Positions 43,375-52,138 of a DNA stretch of 64,000 nucleotides are shown here, piece after piece (positions within the stretch are counted from its first letter, which is position 1; each line of letters opens with the position of its first letter). The position numbers and the translations under genes are program-made. The stretch lies in the NCBI GenBank assembly GCA_016181765.1, contig JACOYR010000004.1:35320-99319 (forward strand). The letters are read 5' to 3'. The notes beneath the pieces are model-generated. The model saw only the letters and a list, made by a program, of their open reading frames with translations, was not told where the DNA came from and did no database searches. The stretch comes from Parcubacteria group bacterium. GTDB lineage: Bacteria; Patescibacteriota; Patescibacteriia; UBA2169.

Positions 43375-44418
43375 ATGGACATTCTCACAGATACATTTGA
43401 CGCATTCGGGCTGGACATAGGCGACCGGTCCCTCAAAGCCGTGCACCTTGCGGGCCGCGGCAAAAACATCCGGGTGCGCACGCACGGCTCTTGCGAGGTG
43501 CCCAAGGGCGTGTTTGAGAAGGGAACATTGGTTGCGCCGGACAAGCTGTGCGCGTCCCTGCGCGCCCTGCTTGCATCATGCGCCCCGAAAAAAATCAAAA
43601 CCCGCTACGTGCACGCCTGTTTGCCGGAAACCCACACCTTCATCAAGCTCCTTGAGTTTTCGGATGTTTCGGGGCCGGAGCTCGGCGCGCGGGTGCGGGA
43701 GGAACTGCCGAGCCACGTTCCGCTGGATATTGATGACGCGTACATTGACTGGACCGTGGTGGGAACCACGGATCAAGGCGGCCTCCGCGTGCTCGCCGGG
43801 GCCATTCCCAAGCAAACGTCAGACTCCTACACCAACGCGCTACGGGCATGCGGGCTCATTCCCCTCTCCTTGCAGGTGGAGGCCCAGGCAATCGTGCGGG
43901 CGCTGGTTGACCGGAACGCGCCCCTGCAGGGGCCGCTCGCCATTGTGGACATCGGCGCCACGCGCTCAAGCTTTATACTGTACGACCGGGGCTCAATCCA
44001 GTTCACGGTGAGCATCCCCTCATCCGGCGAAGATGCGACCGAAGCAATCGCGTCCAAATTATCTATTTCCTACGAAGAAGCCGAGAACGCCAAGCGCACC
44101 ATGGGCCTGGATCCAGGATTAGGAGAGGGAACCGTGGCTAAAATCCTTGCCCCTATGGCGCTCTCCCTCACAAGCGCTATACAAAAAAACTGCATGTTCT
44201 ACGGGGAGCACTTTCCGGGGACTCAACCGGTTGCGGGCATTCTCTTGTGCGGGGGCGGGGCGGCCATGCCCGGATTTTTGGGCACGCTCTCGGATACCAT
44301 GCCCGGCATTGCCATTGCCCACGGCAACCCCGTTCTGCACGTGGCAGGCGGGGAAGAAGCGGGGCTCGGGCTCTCGCACACCACGGCAATCGGCTTGGCT
44401 TTGACACAGCTCATCTGA
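43375..44418 (+). CDS. pilM: type IV pilus assembly protein PilM (actin-like ATPase fold)
   Basis: 347 aa. N-terminus FGLDIGDRSLKAV and internal DIGATRSSF, the actin-fold phosphate motifs typical of PilM/FtsA. Confidence 0.8.
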   Translation: MDILTDTFDAFGLDIGDRSLKAVHLAGRGKNIRVRTHGSCEVPKGVFEKGTLVAPDKLCASLRALLASCAPKKIKTRYVHACLPETHTFIKLLEFSDVSGPELGARVREELPSHVPLDIDDAYIDWTVVGTTDQGGLRVLAGAIPKQTSDSYTNALRACGLIPLSLQVEAQAIVRALVDRNAPLQGPLAIVDIGATRSSFILYDRGSIQFTVSIPSSGEDATEAIASKLSISYEEAENAKRTMGLDPGLGEGTVAKILAPMALSLTSAIQKNCMFYGEHFPGTQPVAGILLCGGGAAMPGFLGTLSDTMPGIAIAHGNPVLHVAGGEEAGLGLSHTTAIGLALTQLI

Positions 44419-44419
44419 C

Positions 44420-44977
44420 ATGCGCCAACCCTACCTCAACTTAATTCCGGAAGCGCACAAGCTCGTGCTGGCGCGCGAGCGCATGTTCTACTTTGTGCAC
44501 ACCATTGTCGGGATACTCGTGGTGGCGCTTGCCGCAAACAGCATCCTCCTCATCCTCGCCCGCTTTATCCTGGTAGACTACGCAAACCAGCTGAAAGACG
44601 ACACGTCGCTGGTTTCGGTGCGGCACTCCAGCTTGCACAAGGAAGTCCAGCGCATCAACCGCGCGCTTTCGGACACTGCCCAGGTCCAGGCCAATTTCGT
44701 GAAATACAGCGATCTGCTCTCGGATGTGGCGGTACTCCTGGGAAACGGCGTCACCATTGACTTTTTGCACGTAAACACGGATGCAAACACCTTGCGCGTG
44801 ACCGGAACTGCCCAAAACCGCGAGGCGCTGGTTCGCGCGCAGGACGCCCTCAAATCCCTGCCCGGCGTGGTTTCACTGGATTCACCGCTTGAGAATTTCC
44901 TTGAGCGCGAAAACATCAGCTTCCGGTTCAATGCGGTGCTTTTGGACAACATTTACCATAATCCCCCGGCCGAATAG
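44420..44977 (+). CDS. pilN: PilN-like bitopic pilus assembly protein
   Basis: 185 aa. Short cytoplasmic N-terminus (LNLIPE motif), one TM helix and a periplasmic domain. Directly downstream of pilM. Confidence 0.7.
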   Translation: MRQPYLNLIPEAHKLVLARERMFYFVHTIVGILVVALAANSILLILARFILVDYANQLKDDTSLVSVRHSSLHKEVQRINRALSDTAQVQANFVKYSDLLSDVAVLLGNGVTIDFLHVNTDANTLRVTGTAQNREALVRAQDALKSLPGVVSLDSPLENFLERENISFRFNAVLLDNIYHNPPAE

Positions 44978-44980
44978 CCT

Positions 44981-45538
44981 ATGCGAGGACTTCTGAAAAA
45001 CCGATTCATGATATCAACCATTGCGTTCGCCCTGCTCCTGGTGGCGCTCGCAGCGCTCATCATATTCCCCTCGTACCGCGAAATCAAGGTCATCAACCAG
45101 CAAGTCCTGGAGGAGCGCATGAGGCTGGAAAAACTCTACACCCAGGGGCAATTGCAGAAGGCGGTGCAGCAGAACTATGAATCAATCAAACAGGAGATCG
45201 GGTTCCTGGATGAGGTCATGCTCGCTGAACGCGAAGAGCTCGCCTACATCACGGCCGTGGAACGCGTTGCCGAAGAGGCGGGGGTTGAGCTTGACCTCGC
45301 AATCGGGGATGCAAAGCGCGTGCCGGACCAGCGCTTCTCGGAACTCGGATTCACGCTTACGGCGCGGGGCGATTGGGAACAGCTGGTGCGCTTTGTCGGG
45401 CGCTTGGAGTCACTGCCCTACTACACGAACATTTCCGAAATGACCACAAGCGCGCGCGAGAACGAGCCCGGCGCGAGCAGGCACGCGGCCATGACCATTG
45501 GAGCCGCCACGTACTGGAGGATTCCGTCCATTCAATGA
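44981..45538 (+). CDS. pilO: PilO-like bitopic pilus assembly protein
   Basis: 185 aa. N-terminal TM, coiled-coil, then a ferredoxin-like PilO-type domain. Confidence 0.65.
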   Translation: MRGLLKNRFMISTIAFALLLVALAALIIFPSYREIKVINQQVLEERMRLEKLYTQGQLQKAVQQNYESIKQEIGFLDEVMLAEREELAYITAVERVAEEAGVELDLAIGDAKRVPDQRFSELGFTLTARGDWEQLVRFVGRLESLPYYTNISEMTTSARENEPGASRHAAMTIGAATYWRIPSIQ

Positions 45539-45545
45539 TACCCGC

Positions 45546-45911
45546 ATGAATCTCCCTTTTTTGCACAAACGAAACACAACCGCGGCCCCCGGCGATTTGG
45601 ACAAGCTCCACGCGGTGCGGCTTGGGGTGATTACTGTAATCGCGCTCTTGCTCGCGAGCGTGTTGGTGTTTTTGTACCGCGACTTTTACCAGACCATTGT
45701 CCAGGCAAAACAAGTAATCGTGCTCAAGCAGGAGGTGGCCCTGGAGAACATTGACCTGAAGCTCTGGAACAGCGTGTCCGCAATCCATAAGTACAAAATA
45801 GCGCCTCAAGCGGCCGGACCCATTGCTGACCCGTTTAAGACGGTCACCATTCCCGCCCCCGAGCCCCCGAGCCAGGCCGAACCTGGGGCGGGCGCGTCCG
45901 ATGCGCTATGA
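45546..45911 (+). CDS. small bitopic membrane protein (possible PilP-like component)
   Basis: About 121 aa from MNLPFLHK, one TM helix and a Pro-rich tail. It overlaps the pilO end in another frame. Weak assignment. Confidence 0.4.
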   Translation: MNLPFLHKRNTTAAPGDLDKLHAVRLGVITVIALLLASVLVFLYRDFYQTIVQAKQVIVLKQEVALENIDLKLWNSVSAIHKYKIAPQAAGPIADPFKTVTIPAPEPPSQAEPGAGASDAL

Positions 45912-46849
45912 TGAACAACGTGCACAAAACTGAATTCAGCGCATTCACCTGGCACAACGTGACTGACAACGGGGAACAGGAGATCCGGTATCTGCGGGAT
46001 AAGTTTGGCTTTGAATCCGCTGACTTGCAGGTGGTGGCAAGCCCCCCGCTGCGGCCCAAGCTTGACCTGAACCCCGCGTACCTCTTTATCGTGCTCCCCT
46101 ATCCGGTGCACGAGCGCAAGACCAGTGTGGTCACCACGAGCGAGTTGGACCTGTTTCTGATGAAGAACGCGGTAGTCACGGTGCATAAAAATGAAATCCA
46201 GGCCCTGCGGGACATAAGCCAGCGCATGGAGGCGGAGCCGCGGTTTCGGGAAAAGTACAGCCGCGCGAACCCGCTCAAGTTCACGCTGGACATGATAGAA
46301 ACCCTTGATCTTTCGCTCTACCCCATGCTTGACCACTTCTCCTGGGACATAGACGCCATAGACAAAATTCTCTTCACGGGCCGCGAACGCGAGCTCGTGG
46401 GCTCAATCCTCGCCATCAAGCGCAACATCGTGGCCGTGCGCAAATCCCTGGGCGGCCAGAAAGACGTAATTGAAGAAATGCAGGAGCACGCCAAAGAGTA
46501 CGTGGGCGCCAAAGCCCTGGACCGCGCCACGGAAGCGCAGTTCAGGAACATCAGAAACCTCTCAAAAGACCTGTGGGTGCAGATGGAGAACCATATGGCA
46601 ACCATTGGCGCGCTCCAGCAGACCAACGAATCCTTGATTTCGTTCCGCTTAAACGACATCATGAAGACGCTCACCATGCTCTCGTTGGTTGTGTTTCCCT
46701 TAACGCTCCTCGCCGCAATCTTCGGCATGAACACCACCGGCGGCATGCCGTTTGTGGAAAGCATGGGCGGGTTCTGGCGGGTCATCGCAATCATGCTCTC
46801 GGGCATGCTCTTTATGCTCTACTGGTTCAAGCGGCATCGGTGGATATAA
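45908..46849 (+). CDS. corA: CorA-family Mg2+/Co2+ transporter
   Basis: 313 aa. Two C-terminal TM helices with the GMN motif (FGMNTTGGMP). Confidence 0.85.
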   Translation: MMNNVHKTEFSAFTWHNVTDNGEQEIRYLRDKFGFESADLQVVASPPLRPKLDLNPAYLFIVLPYPVHERKTSVVTTSELDLFLMKNAVVTVHKNEIQALRDISQRMEAEPRFREKYSRANPLKFTLDMIETLDLSLYPMLDHFSWDIDAIDKILFTGRERELVGSILAIKRNIVAVRKSLGGQKDVIEEMQEHAKEYVGAKALDRATEAQFRNIRNLSKDLWVQMENHMATIGALQQTNESLISFRLNDIMKTLTMLSLVVFPLTLLAAIFGMNTTGGMPFVESMGGFWRVIAIMLSGMLFMLYWFKRHRWI

Positions 46850-46854
46850 AAAGA

Positions 46855-46898
46855 ACCCTCCCAAGACTCCAGCGCGCTGGCCGAAATCTTGAGAGGGT
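46855..46898. terminator. putative bidirectional hairpin between convergent corA and the large GTPase-like gene
   Basis: 11 bp imperfect stem ACCCTCCCAAGA / TCTTGAGAGGGT around a 20 nt loop. No clean U-tract on either side. Confidence 0.35.
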
Positions 46899-46984
46899 CC
46901 GTACAAAGGACTACGTACTGAAGAGCGATGCCTCCTTTCTGCGGGGGCGTTGTTGATGTTGGTGTATGTTGAGGTGTCGGTGAG

Positions 46985-49900
46985 TTACGGGCCGCCGACA
47001 GCTGCGCCGCGGGCCGGGTGCATGACCTGGTTCGGGTAGGTGACTCCGAAGTCCAGGAACCACTCATCCGGCTGGAAGAACTGCGCCGCCAGGATGCAGA
47101 CCATGTCCGCGGTCGGAATGGTTTCCTTGAACATGCTCCGGATCCTGACCGCTTCCGCGCCGCCTTCGGCAGTGTTCATAACTACATCATGGGCGTACGC
47201 GCACCAGTTGGCGAACGCCTGCACCGCGAGGTTTGAGGCCTCCCCGCACTCCAGGCCGCCTGCCTTCGCGCACCTCTCTATCCAGGATTCGTGCGCAGCC
47301 TGGTACCGCTTGTGCCGGGACACTAGGTCCAGGGCGTATGCCAACTTCTTTGCCCGAAGGCTCCGTTCCTCAAAACCTCCCAGGTGATTGATGAACCTAA
47401 CGTGCCACACCCCCCGGGCATCCTGGAACAGCGGGCACTCGGGGTGCATGGGCTCATCCGGGCCAAGGATCGCAACCCGGACTCCCTTCTCGGTTACGAA
47501 CGAGAGCCGCGCCCATGCCGCATCCGGATGCGCGGGATTGTATTCCGCGATACCCGGATTCAAAAGGAGCGCTGCAGCCGCGCGCCGGTGCCAGCGCGCG
47601 GTCTCCTCATCCGCGATCCGCGGGGCGTGCCGGTACCGGCCCAGGGGGAACACGGTCAGAGTCTCGGTGAATCCGCTCCGGTTGGTGTCGTCCCTCCGCT
47701 CCCGGGCTTCAGCGTTGATGGCTTCCTCAAGCACGGCATCGTCCTCGCACAAACTTGCGATTGCCGAGCTCGGCAGGGTGTCCACCTGCTTGAACACGAA
47801 CACAGCGGGAACATCCGCGTAGAATACGCGCACCTCGCCCCTGCTGAACCGGAGCGTTTCAACGAATCCGGCGAGCGATCGGGGGCACACCAGCACCGTG
47901 CGCCGGGTCGGGCCCTCAAGTTCCTGCAGACCCTGCTCGTCGATGCGGATGAACGGCTCGGACTCCCGCAGGTGGTCTGCGATGAACTGCCGCGCGTCCG
48001 GGTGCCTGGTGAAGAGATCCTCAAACGATACGGAAATACCGTCCGGCACGCCGATGATATCCTCAAACGGGCAATCCGTGCGCGCAAGCGCGTCCGGCGA
48101 ATCCCAGGAGAACATGGACGCAAAGGCAGATGCAACCGCGCCCTCATCCACAACCAGCGAAGCCGCAAGCGCCTGGTCGTCCGGGAACAGCGAAAGCCGA
48201 ACCGCCGACTTCTCGGCGCGGCCCTGCACGAGCGCTTTCTCCACCTCATCGCGCGCGCGGCCAACTTCCGCGGCGAGATCATCGCGCGCCGCCGTAAAGA
48301 GCGCAATCTGCGCGTCCAGCTCCGCACACACCAGGCCGCGGAGCGCAGCCATTTTGGCGGTGAGCATATGCCGGAGCACGGCTCCCGCAATGGTGCTGAT
48401 CCCTTGGACCATGGATGATACTGCATCATTCAGGTCCTTGTCGGCTTTCGCGCGCGCGGAAGCGATAGCCGGGGATGGTATATTGAAGAGCGCCCGAAAC
48501 CATCCCGGTTGCAAGGCCTCGGCCACAGCATGGGAAGACTTCGCGTCCACAACAGCCGAGCCGGCGCTGATCGCGGCAGATCTGTCCGCGGACAGGAAGT
48601 GGTCCACGGGCCTCTGCTCGGTTCCCTCTCGCGAGTCAAGGGACACCCGAGCCGCAACAAGCGCATCCAGAACGCGGAGCACTCCCATATTCGGAAGCGC
48701 ATTGCGGACCCGCGTTCGCAGATCTGTGATGCGGTCGCCCGCAATCCGAAACACTTCTGCTTCCGGCAATTGGGCATCCACGAACTCGGGGATGGACCGG
48801 ATTGCAGCGACCGTTGCCAAACCGGTTGCCGCGGGATCGTGGATCAGATCCTCCCGAAGCTTGATCTGGTCAAAGACCGGCGCCAGGGACGCGCCCTCGT
48901 TAGCCGAGCGCATCACCCGCTGTTCCCACTGCTCTATGGTCCGCCGGGCGCCGGCTTGCGTAATCGGAGCCGCGAGCGCGGCCGGCTCCGAACCCGGATT
49001 CCCCTCGCGCATGCGGCCAAGCACTGCCGCGCGCTTGCCGAGCGCCGCGATCCGCGGCAACTCGCGCCAGAGCTCGCACACGTGCAGCGCGATAGAGCTC
49101 CACACGAACGGCATGCGCATGGCAGCCGGAACCGCCTTGGCCATGTCCTCGTGCAGCTCAACCGCGAGGAACGATGCCAGTTCCGGAACCTGGGACAAAT
49201 AGTACAGGTAGTCAGCAACCATCCGCTGGGCGTCCTCAAACGAGAGCGCCTGGTCCTTGTCGTTCTTGCCTTCCACCAGAATGATCTGGCCCAGGCAGCC
49301 GGGCTCCACATCCTCGGAAAACCCCGGAAGCAAACCGCCGAAGTGGGGATGGTCTGGATCCGTGCCCAGGAGCACCAACCGGTCCCAGATGCGCGCTGCC
49401 GCAGCCATGATGATCTTGTGCCTGCGGTCGCGCTGGGGATCCCCGGTGATCGGGTACAGCTCCGGCCCCAAGACAATGAGGCGCTGGATCAGCCCGGGGT
49501 TCATCTGCCACCTCCACGCCGCGTGCATGATCGCGGATGCGAGGCCCGTCCCCCCGGTTCCGGCCACGTAGCTGACCTCGCGATCAGCTGACGCGAGCGA
49601 CCGGTCCGCGGAGTCAAACGAGGCATCCACAAATGCGAGCCACTGGGTCACGTGCTGGCGCTCCATGGCGTTCAGCGCAGCCGCAATCACGGGCTGCTTG
49701 TCCACGCCCGAACGCCCTAGGTTGCACCCCGGAAGCCCGTGCCGGGACTGGAGGAACTGAAGCGGCAGATCACGCTCCCACTCCCTCTCATGCTGCCCAA
49801 ACACGGCAGTAAAGTTGGTGACCGACCTGCCCAGGACGTACTCCCTAAGCCAGGGCGAGCGCCGAGTCCGGGATAACAGCTTGTTATTGTTGAGGCAGGC

Positions 49901-50134
49901 GTCTACTGCTCCGATCCGTACCTGCCGGCTGCGGCGCGGGTTTAACCGCAGCATTTGGTCCACCTGCACACCGACCAAGCTGCCCGCGCCGCCGCAGAAC
50001 TGCATCACGTGCCTTCTGTACCGGGTGTCGGCCGCCTCGTTGGCGGGCTCCGCGGCAACAACCGGCTCATGGCGCTCTGGCGCGCCCGCACCCGGACTTT
50101 CGTCCACTGCGGCCGCAACGATTGTGTCTGCCAT
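46985..50134 (-). CDS. large (1049 aa) protein with N-terminal FtsZ/tubulin-superfamily-like GTPase motifs and ~700 aa alpha-helical C-terminal extension
   Basis: T1-like FCGGAGSLVG, T2-like IGAVDACLNN, T3-like GLPGCNLGRSG, T4-like SYVAGTGGTGLASAI and a T7-like LSFEDAQ. Start ATG at 50134 overlaps the stop of the upstream vWA gene by 1 nt (TGATG). SD AGGAGG. Family assignment is inference. Confidence 0.5.
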   Translation of the reverse strand: MADTIVAAAVDESPGAGAPERHEPVVAAEPANEAADTRYRRHVMQFCGGAGSLVGVQVDQMLRLNPRRSRQVRIGAVDACLNNNKLLSRTRRSPWLREYVLGRSVTNFTAVFGQHEREWERDLPLQFLQSRHGLPGCNLGRSGVDKQPVIAAALNAMERQHVTQWLAFVDASFDSADRSLASADREVSYVAGTGGTGLASAIMHAAWRWQMNPGLIQRLIVLGPELYPITGDPQRDRRHKIIMAAAARIWDRLVLLGTDPDHPHFGGLLPGFSEDVEPGCLGQIILVEGKNDKDQALSFEDAQRMVADYLYYLSQVPELASFLAVELHEDMAKAVPAAMRMPFVWSSIALHVCELWRELPRIAALGKRAAVLGRMREGNPGSEPAALAAPITQAGARRTIEQWEQRVMRSANEGASLAPVFDQIKLREDLIHDPAATGLATVAAIRSIPEFVDAQLPEAEVFRIAGDRITDLRTRVRNALPNMGVLRVLDALVAARVSLDSREGTEQRPVDHFLSADRSAAISAGSAVVDAKSSHAVAEALQPGWFRALFNIPSPAIASARAKADKDLNDAVSSMVQGISTIAGAVLRHMLTAKMAALRGLVCAELDAQIALFTAARDDLAAEVGRARDEVEKALVQGRAEKSAVRLSLFPDDQALAASLVVDEGAVASAFASMFSWDSPDALARTDCPFEDIIGVPDGISVSFEDLFTRHPDARQFIADHLRESEPFIRIDEQGLQELEGPTRRTVLVCPRSLAGFVETLRFSRGEVRVFYADVPAVFVFKQVDTLPSSAIASLCEDDAVLEEAINAEARERRDDTNRSGFTETLTVFPLGRYRHAPRIADEETARWHRRAAAALLLNPGIAEYNPAHPDAAWARLSFVTEKGVRVAILGPDEPMHPECPLFQDARGVWHVRFINHLGGFEERSLRAKKLAYALDLVSRHKRYQAAHESWIERCAKAGGLECGEASNLAVQAFANWCAYAHDVVMNTAEGGAEAVRIRSMFKETIPTADMVCILAAQFFQPDEWFLDFGVTYPNQVMHPARGAAVGGP

Positions 50135-51918
50135 CAGATGTAAACCTCCTCGGTTGATAGTTCTTGAACTGTTGGTTGGATGACGGCGCTATCTGCCGCA
50201 ACACTGGGCACTACTGCCCCATCCACCTGGTATGCCTGATTCACTGCATCCAGGATCTGGACTGACTGGGCAACCAGGGGGTACATCTTCCCGGGCTGCA
50301 TCGGAACCCTGTCTATGCCCGCCGCACTCCCGGAAAGCGGGAACATGCTGCATGGAACGCGCGGGCCGATGTAGATGCCGTTCGGAGTCGGAACGACGGC
50401 GATGTTCCTCACCTCAAACCACGTGCTCCTGATCGGCCTCACTTGGCCATTGCAGGCAATGTGCCCCACAACACCGCTGGTATCCTGCGGCAGCGCTCGG
50501 CTGGTAACAGTATGCTCGCTCCAGGCCCGCATGCGCCGAGCAGCCACGAAAAGCATCGCAACAGCGAACACAAGGATCGCGGCAATGCCGAGGAGCTTGT
50601 CCGGAATCCAATCCCGGTACAGCCATGCCCGCCGCTCCGCGAGAATGGCAGGCCGGTTCCCACGCTCCGTAAGGCTCACGCTCCCATGCGGCACGAGCTT
50701 CACCTTGCACGGGACTGGCCGTGAGAGCGGCCAGAGCACGTCCCCGGGAGGCGGCGACTCTTCGTTGAATGCGACAAAGACCTCAACTTCTGCCTTGTCC
50801 GGAATCACGAGTCCCTCGGAAAACGGGATTGGCTCGCTTTCGGAACCGCGGATCTTCCAGAACCCGAGCACATGTGCGGCATCGCTTGAGTTCTCGGAAT
50901 CTGCAACTAGAACCGCAGTAAAAAGCTCGCCGGATGCCCGCGTTGGCGCATCCAGCAAAAGCTCATACACTCCGGCCAAGTACATCTCTCCAAGGCCGGA
51001 AACCAAAATCCGGGCCGGCTCGTTAAGATTTGCCCATGAGTAGGAGCCGTTCAGCTCCCGGTCAATGGCCTCAAACCGCTTGCGCACATCAGCCCAGGAT
51101 CCGGCCGGGTACACCGGGAAATCCGCATTCCCGAACAAGCTGCGCAGGTGCACCTCCCCTGGGTACTCCATATCGCGTGTGTTCACAGACACAAGCTCCA
51201 CCGAGAACATGCCTTTGCGTTCCTGCGGAACGCGGGACATGCACTCCTGGAGCGCTTCCTGGAAAAACCACGAATCCTGGCCGGCAGGCTCATCATTCCA
51301 GCCGTCTCCCACAATGGTCGCGTGGAACCGGATTCCGGACTCTTTCAACTCAATGAACCCGTTCTCCATGTCAGTCAGGAGCGGGAGCGCGTAGTTGGTG
51401 TACGCGGTTTCGGCTTTCCCGAAAGCGTGCCTGGTCAGGTAGTCCTTTACCATTGCGGCAAGTACTGCGCGCCCCGAGTCCGAGGCTGCCGTTGGCCAGG
51501 GCACATAGCTCGTACCCACCAGGCGCACGGTTACTTTGTTCGCGCCGGACACGGCAAGAATCCGGTCGCGGACAATTGCCGCGGCCTCGTCACGTTCCTC
51601 CTCTGAAAGCGAAGCCGAGATGTCCAAATACACCACCTCATGGTACGTGCCGTTGGGCGTGTTCCACCCAGGAACCTCAACGCCGCCGTGCACAGGCAAG
51701 GCTGATTCCGCCGCTGGCGCGGCGCGCTCAACCAAAGGCGCGCTTACACCGGCCGTATCACGATCCCACACCGTACGAACCGGAGGGACCATGGTCTCCC
51801 CGGTGTGCGATGGGTCATCATCCGGAACACCCATATTGGGGTCAAAACCGCACCCGAACACGGAAACAGTCCCTAACGCGGCAGCGCACAACGCCAAAAA
51901 CAACTTTCTCTCGCGCAT
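50134..51918 (-). CDS. von Willebrand factor A (vWA) domain membrane lipoprotein
   Basis: 594 aa. Lipoprotein signal LGTVSVFGC. MIDAS-like VVYLDISASL (DxSxS) with downstream T and D residues (IVGDGWND). TM helix LLGIAAILVFAVAMLFVAA at about aa 440 and a C-terminal domain. SD GGGAGGG 8 nt upstream of the ATG. Own promoter upstream. Confidence 0.55.
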   Translation of the reverse strand: MRERKLFLALCAAALGTVSVFGCGFDPNMGVPDDDPSHTGETMVPPVRTVWDRDTAGVSAPLVERAAPAAESALPVHGGVEVPGWNTPNGTYHEVVYLDISASLSEEERDEAAAIVRDRILAVSGANKVTVRLVGTSYVPWPTAASDSGRAVLAAMVKDYLTRHAFGKAETAYTNYALPLLTDMENGFIELKESGIRFHATIVGDGWNDEPAGQDSWFFQEALQECMSRVPQERKGMFSVELVSVNTRDMEYPGEVHLRSLFGNADFPVYPAGSWADVRKRFEAIDRELNGSYSWANLNEPARILVSGLGEMYLAGVYELLLDAPTRASGELFTAVLVADSENSSDAAHVLGFWKIRGSESEPIPFSEGLVIPDKAEVEVFVAFNEESPPPGDVLWPLSRPVPCKVKLVPHGSVSLTERGNRPAILAERRAWLYRDWIPDKLLGIAAILVFAVAMLFVAARRMRAWSEHTVTSRALPQDTSGVVGHIACNGQVRPIRSTWFEVRNIAVVPTPNGIYIGPRVPCSMFPLSGSAAGIDRVPMQPGKMYPLVAQSVQILDAVNQAYQVDGAVVPSVAADSAVIQPTVQELSTEEVYI

Positions 51919-51995
51919 TTCGGCATCCCTCCCGTGAATAGTGCGAGTGATTGCTTACTGATTGTCAATGTTCTGTTTTTGTTTGCTAGATGATA

Positions 51996-52024
51996 TTTAT
52001 ACTATATTATATTAGAATTGTCAA
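51996..52024 (-). promoter_or_regulatory. sigma70-like promoter for the vWA/GTPase-like operon
   Basis: Minus strand: TTGACA (52024..52019), 17 nt spacer, TATAAA (52001..51996). About 70 nt upstream of the vWA gene start. Confidence 0.5.
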
Positions 52025-52032
52025 TAATTTTC

Positions 52033-52076
52033 AAAAAAAGAACCCTCTGCCTCTCAAAACCGAGAAAGACAGAGGG
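52033..52076 (-). terminator. Rho-independent terminator of the coiled-coil protein gene
   Basis: Minus strand: stem CCCTCTG..CAGAGGG followed by TTCTTTTTTTG. It lies 60 nt downstream of the 52139 stop. Confidence 0.6.
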
Positions 52077-52138
52077 TTTTGGACGTATGGCCAACAAACA
52101 ATAGCGAGTGTACAGAGTGAACAGCTACTGGGTGCGGC

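Noticed and set aside
47898-49202. 434 aa plus-strand ORF (and several 100-360 aa ORFs on both strands) inside the 1049 aa GTPase-like gene
   Set aside because: Ser/Arg/Ala-rich low-complexity translations with no start context. High GC content keeps many frames open. The minus-strand frame has an SD, coupling to the upstream gene and coherent motifs.
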